From positions 20,150,001-20,214,000 of the forward strand of contig OZ024744.1 of NCBI GenBank assembly GCA_964016885.1: DNA of 64,000 bases, in the 5' to 3' direction. Below are positions 41,241 to 54,211 of this stretch, piece after piece (position 1 is the stretch's first letter; every line of letters begins with the position of its first letter). The notes beneath the pieces were generated by a model. The model did not search any database. It had not been told where the DNA came from and saw only the letters and a program-made list of their open reading frames with translations. Origin of the DNA: Eledone cirrhosa. Its lineage: Eukaryota. The position numbers and the translations under genes were made by a program.

Positions 41241-41312
41241 ATTCCATTACCAAAGGTTTCAAGAAACTAGACGATCCTTACAGAAACGTCCATGCCGTTC
41301 ATCAGATGAAAT
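41241..41312 (-). ncRNA. Type I hammerhead ribozyme
   Basis: Minus strand: ATTTCAT-CTGATGA-...TGGACG/CGTCTA...-GAAA-CC-TTT-GG-TA-ATGGAAT. Confidence 0.72.
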
Positions 41313-41567
41313 AGTTATATTTTGGATATAAGTTTTGAAATTGATATCTATTAAAAATGAAAGTGAGGCTGAGTTAAAATGTCATCTTATAACGGAAGAA
41401 AATATATATATACACTCATAAATATACATACATGCACACACTCATAAAATTACATTCGGGAATCTATACGTACATCCATACACATTATTGTATAGATATA
41501 TAAGCGCATCAACCACATACACACACACACACACACATACCCCCTCCCCACATATATATATATATAT

Positions 41568-42210
41568 GTAAAAGGTAAACAGAAATAACAACACAATCGG
41601 TACAGTATATGGAAGGGATATATTAGGTTAACGCTTGATATAGCAGGAAGAGGGTCTTAACGTTTCGGACGCTAGTCCTTCATCAGAAGAGAGAATGAGA
41701 AATAAGATAGATTGAGGGGACGGGCGGGATGGAATTGGAAAAAATGTCTTTAGATAAAAATAACATGTCCATTCATGTTGACATCTCTTGAAAAACCGTT
41801 GATGCTGGCATTTTGTGTATGATTTTTTTTTTTAGTAAAGAGGATGATGCAATGCGTCTACCCCTGAATTGGAAAAAAAACGTTTTATATAAAAACTATA
41901 CTTGTGCACGTGCGTATGCGCGCCCGGGCGTGCGTGTGTTATTGTAAGTCCGCACGAAGCTAAGCTGTGAGCAAAAGTACGTTAATATAAGGGTGTGTGT
42001 GTGTGTGCACACAGTTTTGAAGGGAAAAGTGGAGTGTGCTAATTTTGTTGGACTGTATCAGCTGTAAGAGTATATGTTTCTGGCTATAAGCGAGCCATAG
42101 GAATTTAGGGGTGATTATACAAGTGTGTGTGTGAAAACGGACAGGGTATTAAAGAAATTGTGGGGGAGTTGAGTTCATGAGGGAAACAGGACCCGAGGCA
42201 GTAAATCAGA
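41568..42210 (-). mobile_element. PLE 3' end / pseudo-LTR (family of 25306-28200) with minimal HHR
   Basis: Homologous to 25306-25960. The HHR at 41655-41690 reads TCTT-CTGATGA-aGGACtagcGTCC-GAAA-CG-TT-AAGA. Confidence 0.85.
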
Positions 42211-42224
42211 CTTCTGGTGCGTGT

Positions 42225-43065
42225 TAGTGGTAGTGGTGGTAGCGGTGGTGGTGGTGGTGGTGGGGTTAGTGGTGGGGTAATGGTGGTGGTGTAATGTTGG
42301 TAGTGGTGGTGGTATTGGATGTGGTGGGGGTGGGGATGGTAGTGGTGGGGGTGGTAGTGGTGGTAGTGGTGGTGGTGATGGTGCTAATTGCGATGGTATT
42401 GGTGTAGTGTTGGTGGCAGTGGTGGTTGTATTGGTGGTGGTGGTGGTGTTGGTGTTGGTGGTGGTGGTAGTGGTGGTGGTGTTGGTGTTGGTGGTGGTGG
42501 TGTTGGTGTTGGTGTTGGTGGTGGTGGTGGTGGTGCTGGTGTTGGTGGTGGTGGTGTTGGTGTTCGTGACGACGGAAATGATGGTGGTGGTGGTGGTAGT
42601 GGTGGTAATGTTGGTGGTGAGTGTGGTGGTAATCGTGACGGAGATGGTGGCGGTGGTGGTGGTCTTGGTGGTAATGGCAGTGGTAGTGGTGGTTGTGGTG
42701 TCGGTAATGGTGGTGGTGGTGTCGGTAATGGTGGTGGTGGTGGTGTCGGTAGTGATGATGCTGGTGGTGGTGATGGTAATGGTGGTGGTGGTGAGTGTGG
42801 TGGTGGTGGTGAGTGTGGTGGTGGTAGTTGTGGTGGTGAATGTGGTGGTGGTGGTGGTGCTCGAGGTAGTGGTGGTGGTAATGGTGGTGGTGTCGGTCGT
42901 GCTGGTGGTGGTGCTGGTGTGCGGGAAATGGTGGTGGTGGTGGTGGTAGTGGTGGTGCTGGTGGTGCTGGTGGAAATGATGGTGGTGATGATGGTGGTGT
43001 TGGTGGTATTAGTGGTGGTGGTTACGGTGGTAATGGTAGTGGTAGTGGTGGTGCTGTTGTTGTTA
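42225..43065. repeat. Degenerate (GGT)n tract
   Basis: Directly visible; it explains the Gly- and Val-rich ORFs. Confidence 0.95.
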
Positions 43066-43312
43066 ATTATAAAGAATTAATATATCAAGTAACATATATA
43101 TACAGAGATGCATACTTATGCCAGCAAATATATAGGTTTTGTCTTAGTAACTTTGTGGTTCAATGCATGGGGATGCAGAACAATAATATGAGAGACGTAA
43201 AATAAGAAAATTATAAAATTAACTTACTTACTCCACCAACAGTTGAGTGCTTTATATCAGTTATAAAAAAATGTTTAAGTTTGTTGAATCCCAACAAATT
43301 AAATATAACCTC

Positions 43313-43374
<62 letters not shown>

Positions 43375-43474
43375 AATATAGACATAGAATATTCGAAAAT
43401 ATTCTGTATGTTTATAATAAACATTTTGAAGACCTAATCGCTATAGAATAGAATACGTCACGTATTACAATTAG

Positions 43475-43563
43475 ATTCTCGATAAAAGCAAGGGAAGTAA
43501 TCTACGCGTTTCATTCTAGTTAGAAATCATCAGGACTACATATCCAGTGCTTTTATCGAGAAT
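43475..43563 (-). ncRNA. Extended type I hammerhead (inverted arm)
   Basis: Exact reverse complement of 44001-44089. Confidence 0.9.
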
Positions 43564-44000
43564 GACACAGCTAGAGACTTATAGAATACTTAGCTGTGTA
43601 CAGGAACTGGTTTGAAAGAGCGGTTGCCGGTCCGGCAGAAATTAGAAATTGGAATAAATGCTCTGAAATAGCGATATATATGTGAATATAGACATAGAAT
43701 ATTCGAAAATATTCTGTATGTTTATAATAAACATTTTGAATGAAACGCGTAGATTACTTCCCTTGCTTTTATCGAGAATCTAATTGTAATACGTGACGTA
43801 TTCTATTCTATAGCGATTAGGTCTTCAAAATGTTTATTATAAACATACAGAATATTTTCGAATATTCTATGTCTATATTCACATATATATCGCTATTTCA
43901 GAGCATTTATTCCAATTTCTAATTTCTGCCGGACCGGCAACCGCTCTTTCAAACCAGTTCCTGTACACAGCTAAGTATTCTATAAGTCTCTAGCTGTGTC

Positions 44001-44089
44001 ATTCTCGATAAAAGCACTGGATATGTAGTCCTGATGATTTCTAACTAGAATGAAACGCGTAGATTACTTCCCTTGCTTTTATCGAGAAT
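44001..44089 (+). ncRNA. Extended type I hammerhead, array copy 1
   Basis: ATTCTCGATAAAAGCA-ctggatat-GTAGTC-CTGATGA-tTTCTaactAGAAt-GAAA-CGCG-TA-GATTAC-ttccct-TGCTTTTATCGAGAAT; predicted cleavage after 44061. Confidence 0.92.
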
Positions 44090-44310
44090 CTAATTGTAAT
44101 ACGTGACGTATTCTATTCTATAGCGATTAGGTCTTCAAAATGTTTATTATAAACATACAGAATATTTTCGAATATTCTATGTCTATATTCACATATATAT
44201 CGCTATTTCAGAGCATTTATTCCAATTTCTAATTTCTGCCGGACCGGCAACCGCTCTTTCAAACCAGTTCCTGTACACAGCTAAGTATTCTATAAGTCTC
44301 TAGCTGTGTC

Positions 44311-44399
44311 ATTCTCGATAAAAGCACTGGATATGTAGTCCTGATGATTTCTAACTAGAATGAAACGCGTAGATTACTTCCCTTGCTTTTATCGAGAAT
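44311..44399 (+). ncRNA. Hammerhead, array copy 2
   Basis: CTGATGA at 44341; same sequence as copy 1. Confidence 0.92.
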
Positions 44400-44620
44400 C
44401 TAATTGTAATACGTGACGTATTCTATTCTATAGCGATTAGGTCTTCAAAATGTTTATTATAAACATACAGAATATTTTCGAATATTCTATGTCTATATTC
44501 ACATATATATCGCTATTTCAGAGCATTTATTCCAATTTCTAATTTCTGCCGGACCGGCAACCGCTCTTTCAAACCAGTTCCTGTACACAGCTAAGTATTC
44601 TATAAGTCTCTAGCTGTGTC

Positions 44621-44709
44621 ATTCTCGATAAAAGCACTGGATATGTAGTCCTGATGATTTCTAACTAGAATGAAACGCGTAGATTACTTCCCTTGCTTTT
44701 ATCGAGAAT
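44621..44709 (+). ncRNA. Hammerhead, array copy 3
   Basis: CTGATGA at 44651. Confidence 0.92.
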
Positions 44710-44930
44710 CTAATTGTAATACGTGACGTATTCTATTCTATAGCGATTAGGTCTTCAAAATGTTTATTATAAACATACAGAATATTTTCGAATATTCTAT
44801 GTCTATATTCACATATATATCGCTATTTCAGAGCATTTATTCCAATTTCTAATTTCTGCCGGACCGGCAACCGCTCTTTCAAACCAGTTCCTGTACACAG
44901 CTAAGTATTCTATAAGTCTCTAGCTGTGTC

Positions 44931-45019
44931 ATTCTCGATAAAAGCACTGGATATGTAGTCCTGATGATTTCTAACTAGAATGAAACGCGTAGATTACTTC
45001 CCTTGCTTTTATCGAGAAT
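44931..45019 (+). ncRNA. Hammerhead, array copy 4
   Basis: CTGATGA at 44961. Confidence 0.92.
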
Positions 45020-45240
45020 CTAATTGTAATACGTGACGTATTCTATTCTATAGCGATTAGGTCTTCAAAATGTTTATTATAAACATACAGAATATTTTCG
45101 AATATTCTATGTCTATATTCACATATATATCGCTATTTCAGAGCATTTATTCCAATTTCTAATTTCTGCCGGACCGGCAACCGCTCTTTCAAACCAGTTC
45201 CTGTACACAGCTAAGTATTCTATAAGTCTCTAGCTGTGTC

Positions 45241-45329
45241 ATTCTCGATAAAAGCACTGGATATGTAGTCCTGATGATTTCTAACTAGAATGAAACGCGT
45301 AGATTACTTCCCTTGCTTTTATCGAGAAT
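45241..45329 (+). ncRNA. Hammerhead, array copy 5
   Basis: CTGATGA at 45271. Confidence 0.92.
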
Positions 45330-45550
45330 CTAATTGTAATACGTGACGTATTCTATTCTATAGCGATTAGGTCTTCAAAATGTTTATTATAAACATACAG
45401 AATATTTTCGAATATTCTATGTCTATATTCACATATATATCGCTATTTCAGAGCATTTATTCCAATTTCTAATTTCTGCCGGACCGGCAACCGCTCTTTC
45501 AAACCAGTTCCTGTACACAGCTAAGTATTCTATAAGTCTCTAGCTGTGTC

Positions 45551-45639
45551 ATTCTCGATAAAAGCACTGGATATGTAGTCCTGATGATTTCTAACTAGAA
45601 TGAAACGCGTAGATTACTTCCCTTGCTTTTATCGAGAAT
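45551..45639 (+). ncRNA. Hammerhead, array copy 6
   Basis: CTGATGA at 45581. Confidence 0.92.
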
Positions 45640-45860
45640 CTAATTGTAATACGTGACGTATTCTATTCTATAGCGATTAGGTCTTCAAAATGTTTATTAT
45701 AAACATACAGAATATTTTCGAATATTCTATGTCTATATTCACATATATATCGCTATTTCAGAGCATTTATTCCAATTTCTAATTTCTGCCGGACCGGCAA
45801 CCGCTCTTTCAAACCAGTTCCTGTACACAGCTAAGTATTCTATAAGTCTCTAGCTGTGTC

Positions 45861-45949
45861 ATTCTCGATAAAAGCACTGGATATGTAGTCCTGATGATTT
45901 CTAACTAGAATGAAACGCGTAGATTACTTCCCTTGCTTTTATCGAGAAT
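45861..45949 (+). ncRNA. Hammerhead, array copy 7
   Basis: CTGATGA at 45891. Confidence 0.92.
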
Positions 45950-46080
45950 CTAATTGTAATACGTGACGTATTCTATTCTATAGCGATTAGGTCTTCAAAA
46001 TGTTTATTATAAACATACAGAATATTTTCGAATATTCTATGTCTATATTCACATATATATCGCTATTTCAGAGCATTTAT

Positions 46081-46204
<124 letters not shown>

Positions 46205-46448
46205 ATAAAGTTTGTCTTAAGCCAGAAGGCTCATTTGGCCGGTATTCATCCCGCTTTTAGTGCGTGAAGCTACTGGGAGTACAAGACCCACTCCTGGATT
46301 GGACGTCAGTCCATCGCAGTGTTAAACCTTCAGCTATTGCTGGTACACATTTCCATACTGGAGCAATGTGAAATGAAGTGTTTTGCACAAGAACACAACA
46401 CACAACCCAGGAATCGAACCCACGACATTATGATCGTAAGTCCAACAC
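46205..46448 (-). mobile_element. tRNA-derived SINE (second family)
   Basis: Minus-strand box B GGTTCGATTCC followed by TGTGTTCTTGTGCAAAACACTTCATTTCACATTGCTCCAGT (CORE-like). Confidence 0.7.
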
Positions 46449-46748
46449 ACACACTCACACATACACGCACACACACACACACATATATATATATCTGTGT
46501 ATACGCATTTTCTCTGTAGATTATAAACTTACAGAGACATTAGCCTTGAATTTTTGTATTTACATACATCTTTTTGGCATGCGTGTGCATGTGAACATAT
46601 ATCTTTATGCATATCTGTGAACGAAGTTACTTACATGTATATACACACACCTAACTGTATAAACTTTTTGTATTTTCATTGGTCAATTTGAACTCTGTTC
46701 CCAAACAGACCTGAAATTTTGAATTGTTGTTATTATCAATAAATATAT

Positions 46749-46903
46749 TTCATTATTTCTGAAGACGGCATATATATGTGTTTGGTATGTATATTTAATT
46801 TTGATAGTTTGTATAATTTTGTATAATTTTGTACATAGATCTGTTGAATATGCATGCCAATTCTAACACATATATATCCTAGAAACGATCGTTAAATAAT
46901 GAA
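46749..46903 (+). ncRNA. Type I hammerhead with 116-nt stem II (5' pseudo-LTR)
   Basis: TTCATTATTT/AAATAATGAA 10-bp stem I; CTGAAGA at 46759; long rod stem II; GAAA at 46882; AACGATCGTT palindrome; GUU triplet at 46891-46893. Confidence 0.85.
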
Positions 46904-47253
46904 CTTTTTTTGTTTAATATAAGGAACTGTTTCATTGTTTTATTCATTATTTTTTTAATATTTTATCTTGACTCTGTATTCCGTTTATCTTTCACCGAAA
47001 GTGATTTTTCATTGCATCTCTTCTTTCCATGATATCCGGATTACATTGAGTTCTTCATACGGATTGGACACTACCGTAAACTCTTGGTAGATTTATCTAC
47101 ATAATTTTGCTCATATTTTCACGGAAATATTCGTATTTTTGTACTGTATGTGTGTGTTAATTTTATATTTATGTATATACATATATATGTATGATTTTGT
47201 AAACCCATATACATTTAGTTGAGCTCTTTCAATTGTCCATCATCCATATCACA

Positions 47254-49686
47254 ATGGAAAACAATATTTGGGAACCTCTTTAAAGAACATACCAATACCT
47301 TCTAAGGATGACTTCTTACTCCTTATGATTCAAAAAACTAACCAATTTATCAGAAGGGTTAGATGGAGGGCCTACCACTTCGATAAAAAATCTAAATATG
47401 CAGATAGGAAATATATGTATGATTTCAATACTTACAAGAATCCACCACACAACTCTTTACTTGAAGACTTTGAGAAAGACCTTTTTAATTTAATTAAACA
47501 CCTCAAATTTAAAAAGTATAAATCCGTCTTTCAAAAGGACCTTGATTCTACCCTATTGGACCTAAAAAAGTCAAAAAAAATCCATGTCCACTCGGACAAA
47601 ACTGGTAACTTGTATCACATGGATATTGAAGATTATAATGAGTTCATATATAAAGAACTCAGGAAAAATTATAAAAAATCTAATAATGCGTCACTCACCA
47701 ACATCAACAACAAAACACACAACATAGTAAAAAAACTAAACATTGAAGATAGAACTGAACCTTTGGCATTGAAAAGACCACACTTCAACCTGAAGGATCA
47801 TAAATCAAACTTTAACTCAAATCCTTCTATAAGACTTATATGTCCCTCCAAATCTGATATTGGAATAATTAGCAAAAAAATGTTGGATAGAGTCATCCCA
47901 CAAATAAGAAAACACGTTATTTTACCACTCTGGGAAAACACTTCCCAGGTAATTAACTGGTTTAAAAATATTAGATGTAAATCTTCTGCTTCATTTCTAC
48001 AATTTGATATAGATAATTACTATTCTTCTATATCACCTATACCCCTGAACAAAGCATTGATATTTGCTAAAAATAGATCTAACTTAACTTTGGATGACAT
48101 TAATATTATTACACATGCTAGACTAACACTTATTGAATTTCAGAATGAATACTGGACCAGAAACACATATAGTAATCTATTTGATATTACTATGGGTTCA
48201 AGCGATTCCGCCCAAATTAATGATCTTGTGGGCCTCTTTCTCCTTTTCAACATAAATGCCTCTTTCCCCACCTTAAAGGTGGTTTATATCGTGATGACTG
48301 TCTTCTTCTTTCCAGCATCCTTAGCCTTTCAGAAATAGAAAAAAACAAAAAGCATATTAGAAATTTCCTTAAAGACTATTATAGTCTTCATATTACTTTT
48401 GAAAAAACAAGTAAAGTAGTAAATTTCCTAGATATAACTTTAGACATAGCTACGGGTATCTACCAACCTTACCATAAACCCAACCAAAACTTACACTACA
48501 TACACTCACAATCTAATCACCCTAAATCTATCCTTAAAAACCTTGCATATAATATATCACTTAGAATTTCTAACCTTTCTTCTAACCAAGATGTATTTGA
48601 TAAAAATGCGACCTTCTATAACGAAGCTCTAGATAGAAGTGGCCACAAAAATAGATTAGAATATATACCTTCTACTAAAAATACTAAAAACATACAACCT
48701 AATATTACCAACAAACACCAAATGAAAAGTACACACCTAAATGCCACCCACACTATACCCCAAAATACCAAATCTTCTAATATAAAGTATAGTAACTCTC
48801 AAAAAACTACTCATCATACAACTCTAATAAATGTTAATAATAAAACTCCTAATAAACAAGATAAAACACCTAAATCTACAAATATAACTAAAAATGTGCG
48901 TGGTGAGATCATTAACATTAATCCTCCTAGTAAATATCACGATACAACCTATAAAAATAATAAACAACATAGAAACCGTAATAGACGGGTTATTTGGTAT
49001 AATGCTCCATTTAATTTACAAATTAAGGATAATATTGCTAAAAATTTTTTTTATATCCTAGAGAAAAACTTCCCGCCAAACCACAAATACCATCAAATCT
49101 TAAATAGGTCTACAGTTAAATTCTCATACTCAACAACAAATAACATAAAACAAAATATAAGTGCCTATAATGCATATAAATGTAAGAAAACCATAAGTAT
49201 ACCACCAATACATCAAACTAACCATAATATCTCCTCAAATACAGAATTAACGAAAGGTTGTAACTGTAGAAACAAAGCAAACTGCCCATTAAAAGGAAAT
49301 TGTCTTGTTAACAACATAGTTTATAAATGTAATGTTAAAACTAAAGATTCTATTTGCTCATATATAGGAGCTACTTCTAACAATTTTAAGGCAAGGTTTA
49401 ATACCCACAAACATAGTTTTAAAAATGCCGCACTGGCTAATACAACATCTCTAGCAGAAAAAAAATCAATAGTTATAAAAATAAGAATATAGAATATGAT
49501 TTGACCTGGAGTGTGCTCAAAAGAGCCACCCCTTATCAAAATAATAGAAATGAATGTAGATTATGTTCCCAAGAACTATTTGAAATAATGAAATCTAAGG
49601 ATATCCTATTAAATAAACGACAGGAATTAATTATATCGTGTAATCATAAACTAAGAAAAACATTTAAATATTATAAACCTAATTAA
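47254..49686 (+). pseudogene. PLE reverse transcriptase + GIY-YIG endonuclease, frameshifted
   Basis: Three reading segments: 47268-48277, 48278-49460 (starts GGLYRDDC, in frame with ORF 48722-49492) and 49460-49686. Confidence 0.9.
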
Positions 49687-50764
49687 TAACATTACTTTAG
49701 AAATTAATATATAATTTAATTTAAATGTTAGTTAACCTATAAATTTAATTTAATTAAAATTCTACTACAGATGAGATTATAAAATATTGTGTAATCATAA
49801 ATTGTGAAAAACTTTTAAATATTACTAATATATACTTAGTAAATTAATTTATAGATTAATTTTAATTTATTTATCCTTTTATTAAAATTCCTTTACAGAT
49901 AAAATATAACAAAATATCGTGTATTCAATGACAGAGAAATAAATTTTAGTATTATAGACCTAATTAATGTACATTTTAGAAATATATTTATAATTTGGTT
50001 TTAAATTTGGTCAACCTAAAAATTTAATTTAATTGGCTTATAATTAGTATCCTAATACAGATGGATTGCAGAGTGTCATGTAATCATAGAATGAGATAGG
50101 TTTTGGATGTATACCTAGTTAATATATTCTTTGCAATTTTTGAAAAAATATGTATATGTATGTATATATATGTATGTGTATATATATATATATATGTATA
50201 TATATATGTATATGTATATGTGTATGTATTAATTTTAATTTCTGTTTACCTATAATTATACTCTAATATAGATAAAATACAATATCTGTTTTAATGATTA
50301 TAAACCTAATTAACATATACTATAGAAATTAATATATAATTTTTAATTTAGTTAACCTATAATTTATATTCTACTACCGATGTAATACTTTATTTGTTTT
50401 TTCCCTATTACTAAATTCATTTCCTAATATTGATACCATAACGTTAATATTTTTAATTTAGTTATACTATAATTAATACTCTACTACTATTTAACTTCAA
50501 AATTCTGCTTCAAATATTATAAACCTAAGTAGTATACACCTTAGAAATCAATATATTAACTATCTTTAGTTTAGTTAACCTATAATTAATGGTATACTTA
50601 TATTGAAATGCATAATTTTGCCTTCTTTCTTACATTTCCTAATACTGAAACTATGTAAACACATATTATGATCTAAATGCAGATTAATATTCTATGTTTC
50701 TTGAAACCTATATTTACTATAATCCCCTCCCCCCCCCTACTATTATTATTTGTATTTGTAAGCG

Positions 50765-51405
50765 TGGATGTATGTATGTATATGTAGGTAGGTATGTATG
50801 TTTGGGTGTTTGTATGTGAGTATAAAAATACATATGTGCGCATGTAAATAAGGGTGTATGATTGTGTGTATATATATATTTATATATATATATATATATA
50901 TATGTGTATATGTGTGTGTATATATGTGTGTGTATATGTATGTCTATATATATGTGTATCTATGTATCTATGTGGGTATATGTGTGTATGTACATGTATG
51001 CACATGTATATGTCTATGTGTATATGTGTGTATGTGTATATGTGTACGTATGTGCGCATATATATGTGAGTGTGTGTATATATGTGTATATATATGCATT
51101 ATTTATATATATATATATAAAAATATATATATGTATATATATATATATATTTGTAGTTGATGTGTGTATGTGTATGTATATGTGTGTATATATATATATA
51201 TGTGTATATATGTGTGTATATATATATGTGTGTGTATATATATGTGTATATGTATGTGTGTGCATATTTGTCTGACTGTGTGTATTAATTAATTTATTTA
51301 TTTATTTATCTTATTTCTTTATTTTTTTATATATATGTATGTGTATGTGTATGTATGTATATATGTATATATGTATATATATATATATGTGTATATGTAT
51401 GTGTA

Positions 51406-51468
<63 letters not shown>

Positions 51469-51864
51469 TTGTGTGTGTATATATATGTATGTGTGTATGT
51501 ATGTGTATGTATGTGTGTTTATGTGTGTACGTGTGTATATATTTATATATGTATATGTATCTCTATTTATATATGTATATATATGTATGTATATACCTTT
51601 TTCTTTGTATGTCTGAGTTGTGTGAGCGTGTGGTGGTGTTTGTATGTATATACGCATATATGGATGTGTATGTATTTGTATATATGCGTATATGTAAGTG
51701 TGTATGTGTGTGTGAGTATATATGTATGTCTATGTATGAGTATGTATGTGTGTGTATGTATGTGTGTGTATATGTATGTATGTGTGTATGTGTATGTGTG
51801 TGTATGTGTGTGAGTGTATATATGTATGTGTGTGTATATGTATGTATATATATATATATGTATA

Positions 51865-51935
<71 letters not shown>

Positions 51936-51950
51936 ATGTATATGTGTGTG

Positions 51951-51989
<39 letters not shown>

Positions 51990-52054
51990 GTGGGTATGTA
52001 TGTGTATGTGTGTATATATATGAGTGTGTTTTTATATATATGTGTGTAGATGTG

Positions 52055-52089
<35 letters not shown>

Positions 52090-52471
52090 ATATATATATA
52101 TGTATATATATATATGTATATATGTGTATATATATACGTGTGTTGTGAATGTATATATATATATATATGTATGCGTGTGTGTGTATATATATAGATATGT
52201 ATGTATGTGTGTATGTGTGTATATGTCTATGTATTTATATGTGTATATGTATGTGTCTCTATATGTATGCGTGTGTGTATGTGTATGTGTATTTATATGG
52301 TATGTGTATGTATATGTATGTGTATGTATGTGTTTGTGTATATGTGTATGTATATGTATGTATATGTATGTGTGTGTATGTGTGTGTGTATATATATATA
52401 TAATGTATATGTATGTATATCGATGTATATTTTATATTTTACTTGTTTATATGTATATATGTGTGTGTATG

Positions 52472-52556
<85 letters not shown>

Positions 52557-52565
52557 ATATATATG

Positions 52566-52630
<65 letters not shown>
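50765..52630. repeat. Mixed (TA)/(TG)/(TATG) microsatellite inside the PLE 3' region
   Basis: Directly visible; it is the source of the many YI/CV ORFs. Confidence 0.97.
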
Positions 52631-53228
52631 TTTCTTGATATATTTCTTTTTTCTTTTTCTTTTCTTTTTATTTCTAAGTTTATAGATACATTTATAAATA
52701 GGCAGTCTGCTGACACCGTTGAATACTGACCTCTCCCCCCCCCACCTAATTTCTGTATCTGGATCTAAATATGTTTGGCAGTGTTTATGTGCGTGCATTA
52801 ATGTCCATATGCTTATGATAATAGTATATACACATATATATGTGTGTGGGGGTGTATATGTGTATGTATGTTCGTGGTTATGTGTATGTTTATGCGTATA
52901 CGCGCGTGTGTGTGTGAATGTACGAATATGTGTGAGTGTATGAATGTGTGTGTATATATTTATTTTATATTTATGTGTATATACGCATTTTATCTGTAGA
53001 TTATAAACTTACAGAGACATTAGCCTTGAATTTTTGTATTTACATACATCTTTTTGGCATGCGTGTGCATGTGAACATATATCTTTATGCATATCTGTGA
53101 ACGAAGTTACTTACATGTATATACACACACCTAACTGTATAAACTTTTTGTATTTTCATTGGTCAATTTGAACTCTGTTCCCAAACAGACCTGAAACTTT
53201 GAATTGTTGTTATTATCAATAAATATAT

Positions 53229-53383
53229 TTCATTATTTCTGAAGACGGCATATATATGTGTTTGGTATGTATATTTAATTTTGATAGTTTGTATAATTTT
53301 GTATAATTTTGTACATAGATCTGTTGAATATGCATGCCAATTCTAACACATATATATCCTAGAAACGATCGTTAAATAATGAA
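53229..53383 (+). ncRNA. Type I hammerhead with 116-nt stem II (3' pseudo-LTR)
   Basis: Same sequence as 46749-46903. Confidence 0.85.
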
Positions 53384-53920
53384 CTTTTTTTGTTTAATAT
53401 AAGGAACTGTTTCATTGTTTTATTCATTATTTTTTTAATATTTTATCTTGACTCTGTATTCCGTTTATCTTTCACCGAAAGTGATTTTTCATTGCATCTC
53501 TTCTTTCCATGATATCCGGATTACATTGAGTTCTTCATACGGATTGGACACTACCGTAAACTCTTGGTAGATTTATCTACATATATATATATATATATAT
53601 ATTTGTGTGTGTATGTATATATATATATAAGGATGTATATAATCGTGTGTGTCTGTGTGTGTGTGTTTGCATGTGTGTTTTTATTTTATTTTTCCTTTCC
53701 TTTTTCCTTCTCCAGCCTCACTTTCATATAGACTGTATGAGTCCTCAATAGCACGAAACATTGTTGGCTAATAAAGACACTTGATGTAGTGAAGGCTTGT
53801 TTGGTTTATTTTTTTTATAATTCTTCGGCTCTGTTTAATTACATTGAGCTATATATTATACTGTCATTTCTATAATATGAAGAGGGTGTTTAACTCCAAC
53901 ACACTCTAGTATTTTAATTC

Positions 53921-53980
<60 letters not shown>

Positions 53981-54005
53981 GTAATAAACAACATAAGGCA
54001 ATTAT

Positions 54006-54063
54006 TCCATTTACCAGTGGTTTCTTAAAAGCAAAAAATGTTGCTTTCAATCATCAGAATGGA
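54006..54063 (-). ncRNA. Type I hammerhead ribozyme
   Basis: Minus strand: TCCATT-CTGATGA-TTGAAAGCAA-catttt-TTGCTTTTAA-GAAA-CC-ACT-GG-TA-AATGGA; all three stems pair. Confidence 0.88.
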
Positions 54064-54211
54064 CAAATCCTGGTCTATTTAGTGAATTTAAAAAAATTTT
54101 TAAAAATCAAAAATGCAGTCTATATGAAAGTGAGGCTGGAGAAGGAAGAAGGAAAGGAAAAATAAAATAAAAACACACATGCAAACACACACACACGATT
54201 ATATACATCCT

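Larger units (their letters stand above)
46500..53583 (+). mobile_element. Full-length Penelope-like element with two about 604-bp direct pseudo-LTRs (Hydra-like clade inferred)
   Basis: Pseudo-LTRs 46500-47103 and 52980-53583 (offset 6480; I see 2 mismatches). The ORF has SLKNIPIPS, FDI, ITMGS, GLYRDD, VNFLDI, linker CNCRNKANCPLKGNC, NIVY..YIG, CRLC and CNH. Confidence 0.93.

Noticed and set aside
42388-43080. 230-aa glycine-rich ORF
   Set aside because: It is a degenerate (GGT)n tract, open in several frames, with no ATG-led signal peptide or splice evidence.
50765-52800. Many YI/CV-rich ORFs here and at other (TA)n tracts
   Set aside because: They are dinucleotide microsatellite artefacts.
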